Below are positions 7,364-10,208 of a stretch of 10,208 nucleotides of DNA, in pieces (the first letter of the stretch is position 1; each line of letters starts with the position of its first letter). This stretch comes from Chthoniobacteraceae bacterium (GTDB lineage: Bacteria > Verrucomicrobiota > Verrucomicrobiia > Chthoniobacterales > Chthoniobacteraceae). The stretch covers positions 1 through 10,208 of the forward strand of contig JBEBGD010000152.1 of NCBI GenBank assembly GCA_040081625.1, in the 5' to 3' direction. The position numbers were made by a program, and so were the translations under genes. Under the pieces are notes generated by a model. That model was given only the letters and a program-made list of their open reading frames with translations, had not been told where the DNA came from and did no database searches.

Positions 7364-9119
7364 CGTCCTCATCTTCCTCGCCTTCATTCACACCGCGCTC
7401 GCGCTCGAGATCCGCGAGATCCGCTGGGGCTTCGACGGGAAGGCGATGCCGAACCGCTTCAACCTCCTCTCCGTGCTCGTCGCGCAGGAAGGCGGCGCGC
7501 GGCCCTTCGATGGTGAGCTGGCGCTCATCGAGACGCGCGGCGGCGAGTTGGGCGTCGGCGCGCCGATCGCGCAGCCGCTCTACCTCACGCCGGGCACGCA
7601 GCGCTGGGTGCAGTTCGTGCCGTTTGTCTCGCAGGAAAATGAATGGCGGCTCCGATGGGGGCAGGGCGAGAAGGCGCGCTTCGTCGTGCCGGCGGCGAAG
7701 TTCGGCCCGCCGGCGACGGTGCTGCTGCGCGATGCGACCGCCGTCTTCGCCGACACCGCGCGCCTCGCCGCGTTCCCCGACGAGCTTTTCCCCACGAGCG
7801 TCGCGGCCACCGATGCCCTCGACCAAATCGTGCTCGATCACACGCCGCGCTGGGATGCGCCGCGCCGCGAAGCCTTCCTCGACTGGCTGCGCCGCGGCGG
7901 GATTGTCCACCTGCTGCGCGGCCCGGAAGGCCATCCGCGTTTCGAGGGCGATCTCGCGGTGCTCAACGAGACGGGTCGCATCGGCGCGGGCCGCGTGATC
8001 CGGCACGACGTGGGACGCGAAGACTGCGACGAAGCCTTCCTCGCGAAGGCCGGCTACGCGCGGCGCGAGTTCAAGAAACAGGAGGGCAACACCGGCCCGA
8101 TGCTCTACCGCTTCGACCAGACGCTGCTGCAAAACCTCGCGAGCCTCACCAAGCCGCAGGTGCAGTGGTGGCTGCTCTACCTGCTCACGCTCGCGTATCT
8201 CGCCTTCATCGGGCCGGTGCATTACGCGTGGTCGCGGAAGGTCGATTGGCGGCTCGCGATCGCGGGTTTCCTCGGCACCGTCGCCGTGTTCGCACTCGCG
8301 TTCATCATCGCGGGGCATCGCGGCTCGGGGGAGAAGCAGACGTCGCACTCGCTCGCGATCGCGCGCAGTCTCGGCGGCGACCGCTGGGATGTGCAGGAAT
8401 GGGTGAGCGCCTTCGCGACGAAAGGTGATTTCTACAAGCTCACGCACACCGCGCCCGCGAACTACTACTCCGCGCTCAGCGACGCGGAGGGCGTGAACGG
8501 AAAGATCACCGGAGGCAAGGACGGTCACTTCGACGTGGACATCCCGCTCTACTCCGCGCGGCCGTTTCTGCATCGCGCGGTGATGAGCGGGCCGAAGGCG
8601 GAGGTGAAGGTGATCGAGTGGAAGGCGGACAAGCTCGTGCTCGAACTGCCGGAAACATTCCCTCGCGTTACTGGATCGGCGCATCTGCGATTACGAGGCC
8701 AGATTCGCTCCGTCGCGGTGGACGGTCGAAAGATTGCCTACGCGGATAGTAAAGGCGGCCTCGTGGCGCCGGAGGATCATTGGTTCAGCGACAATGAGCT
8801 GCGCGCTTTGCAGCAGTTCGAGTGGACCAATCGAATGTTCGATCCGAAGTCCGCATCGACTCCGCTCTTTGCGCGCTCTCTCGGCGGTGTGAAGGCGATG
8901 CCGCACGCGCTGACGCCGCGCCCTCTCTCGCCAGATCACCTCCAGATCTTCCTCTTCGCCGAAGCCCCCGCGTCCTTCGCGATGAAGGGCAAGGGCTTCG
9001 ATCGCGGGCGCGGGCATGTGCTCTACGTCATCGATGTCTTCCGCCCGGACTCGTCTGCTTCTGCTTCTTCATCTTCATCTGCTTCGCCTGCTCGAAAGCA
9101 AGAAACCGAAAGGAAGTAG
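7356..9119 (+). CDS. conserved hypothetical exported/membrane protein (signal peptide, two central TM helices), 587 aa
   Basis: Signal-like MRSVLIFLAFIHTALA, WGFDG, DALDQIVLD...FLDWLRRGG (resembling a class I GATase-like flavodoxin fold), and two TMs at about 8165-8315 (YLAFIGPVHY). It overlaps the upstream stop by 8 nt. Confidence 0.85.
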   Translation: MRSVLIFLAFIHTALALEIREIRWGFDGKAMPNRFNLLSVLVAQEGGARPFDGELALIETRGGELGVGAPIAQPLYLTPGTQRWVQFVPFVSQENEWRLRWGQGEKARFVVPAAKFGPPATVLLRDATAVFADTARLAAFPDELFPTSVAATDALDQIVLDHTPRWDAPRREAFLDWLRRGGIVHLLRGPEGHPRFEGDLAVLNETGRIGAGRVIRHDVGREDCDEAFLAKAGYARREFKKQEGNTGPMLYRFDQTLLQNLASLTKPQVQWWLLYLLTLAYLAFIGPVHYAWSRKVDWRLAIAGFLGTVAVFALAFIIAGHRGSGEKQTSHSLAIARSLGGDRWDVQEWVSAFATKGDFYKLTHTAPANYYSALSDAEGVNGKITGGKDGHFDVDIPLYSARPFLHRAVMSGPKAEVKVIEWKADKLVLELPETFPRVTGSAHLRLRGQIRSVAVDGRKIAYADSKGGLVAPEDHWFSDNELRALQQFEWTNRMFDPKSASTPLFARSLGGVKAMPHALTPRPLSPDHLQIFLFAEAPASFAMKGKGFDRGRGHVLYVIDVFRPDSSASASSSSSASPARKQETERK

Positions 9120-9144
9120 ATGAAGATGAAGAAGCAGAAGGAGA
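9054..9144. repeat. 32-bp inverted repeat of hexamer-like units (REP/MITE-like hairpin)
   Basis: The left arm 9054-9085 TCTGCTTCTGCTTCTTCATCTTCATCTGCTTC pairs with the right arm 9113-9144 at 30/32 positions (one mismatch is G.U). The 27-nt loop contains the mini-hairpin TGCT-CGAA-AGCA. Confidence 0.88.
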
Positions 9145-9163
9145 AGCCGACTCACCGCCGCCC

Positions 9164-10135
9164 ATGAACCACCTGCCACCCGACCCCGAAAACGTCATCC
9201 TCATCGACGGCCTCACGCACGCTTACAAAACCCACCTCGCTCTCAGCGGCGTGTCCTTTGCCGTGCGGCGCAAATCCATCCACGGCTTCGTCGGGCCGAA
9301 TGGCGCGGGCAAAACCACCACGCTCAAAATCCTCGCCACACTCCTGCCGCCGCAGCGGGGACGCGTCGAGGTCTTCGGGCACGACGTGAAGCGCGACCGC
9401 ACGCAGGTCCGCCGCAAGATCGGTTTCATGCCCGATCACTTCTCGATGTATCGGCAGATGACCGTCTTCGAATACCTCGACTTCTTCGGCGCCGCCTACG
9501 GCCTCGCGCAGGCGCAGCGCGACAAGATCATCGCCGACGTGCTCACGCTCACCGACATGGACTCGCGCAAGAACGACCTCATCCACGGCCTCTCGCGCGG
9601 CATGCAGCAGCGCGTCTCGCTCGCGCGCGTGCTCGTCCACGATCCCGAGTTGCTGCTGCTCGATGAACCGGCGAGCGGCCTCGATCCGCGCGCGCGCATC
9701 GAGCTCATGGAGATCCTCGAGGAGCTGCGGCGGCTGGGGAAAACCATCTTCATCTCCAGCCACATCCTCAGCGAACTCGCCATGCTCTGCGACTCGTGCA
9801 CCATCCTCGACCGCGGGCAGGTCCGTTACTCCGGCCCCATGCGCGACCTCGTGAGCGGCAGCAATGGCGAGTCCGCGCAATACCACCTCACCCTGCGCAC
9901 GCCGCACGCGGAAGCCGCCGCCGCGCTCGCCGCGCTGCCGGGCATGACGACGGTCAGCCCGCCGCTCCCGACCGAGCCGCGCTACACGCTCATCTTCGAC
10001 CGCGCGACGCTCGCGCCGAACGTGATCCTGCAGACCGCGCTCGGCGCGGGCGCGGATATCATCGGCTTCGCCGAAGCGCAGCGGCACTTGAACGAGGCGT
10101 TCATGGACCTGACCGAGCCGGGGGTGCCGATGTGA
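9164..10135 (+). CDS. ABC-2 type (exporter/DrrA-like) ATP-binding protein, 323 aa
   Basis: Walker A GPNGAGKTT, signature LSRGMQQR, Walker B LLLLDEP with D-loop SGLDP, H-loop ISSHIL, and C-terminal LNEAFMDLT. Confidence 0.95.
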   Translation: MNHLPPDPENVILIDGLTHAYKTHLALSGVSFAVRRKSIHGFVGPNGAGKTTTLKILATLLPPQRGRVEVFGHDVKRDRTQVRRKIGFMPDHFSMYRQMTVFEYLDFFGAAYGLAQAQRDKIIADVLTLTDMDSRKNDLIHGLSRGMQQRVSLARVLVHDPELLLLDEPASGLDPRARIELMEILEELRRLGKTIFISSHILSELAMLCDSCTILDRGQVRYSGPMRDLVSGSNGESAQYHLTLRTPHAEAAAALAALPGMTTVSPPLPTEPRYTLIFDRATLAPNVILQTALGAGADIIGFAEAQRHLNEAFMDLTEPGVPM

Positions 10136-10208
10136 GGCGGGCGGGGTTGGTCGGCGAGCGCGAAAACTGGCTAAAAATGCTCGATCGGGAGGGGGAGGCT
10201 GGCTGGGC

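Noticed and set aside
9054..9144. Hairpin as a rho-independent terminator or CRISPR repeat
   Set aside because: There is no U-tract, the stem and loop are too long, it lies mid-operon, and it is a single unit with no spacers.
9048..9153. GACTC direct repeats as the target-site duplication of the hairpin element
   Set aside because: Excision at these repeats would fuse the membrane protein in frame to the ATPase. The CCGCCC pair restores a conventional ATGA junction and is more plausible.
1372..9163. N-terminal extensions in the ORF track (starts 1372, 3018, 4256, 8822)
   Set aside because: The extensions overlap upstream genes in another frame and translate as low-complexity junk. Recognisable domains begin at 1660, 3432, about 4751 and 9164.
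1642..10087. Long minus-strand ORFs (1642..3432, 3429..4691, 4634..5734, 5858..7387, 7338..8684, 9152..10087) and Arg-rich alternative-frame ORFs
   Set aside because: They mirror real + strand genes almost end to end, which is expected from stop-codon scarcity in high-GC DNA.
10136..10208. Possible start of an ABC permease (ATG near 10177)
   Set aside because: Only about 10 codons are visible, with no RBS or recognisable sequence, so it cannot be supported.

Overview
GC-rich bacterial DNA. Gene content and style suggest Verrucomicrobia/PVC, which is an inference. Left half (1-4694): a divergent cluster of three Hanks-type Ser/Thr kinase-fold genes, each with degenerate catalytic motifs. These are a minus-strand gene running off the left edge (missed by the ORF track), a kinase-like + polyproline + FHA protein, and an FHA + kinase protein. 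A 23-aa hydrophobic sORF and a small membrane protein lie within the cluster. Right half (4751-10135): a tightly packed + strand run of ispA, a BatA-domain/VWA membrane protein, a signal-peptide membrane protein and an ABC-2-type ATPase. A 32-bp inverted-repeat element appears to be inserted at the last gene junction. No rRNA, tRNA, CRISPR array or transposase was seen. The most notable feature is the apparent all-pseudokinase/degenerate-FHA signalling module.
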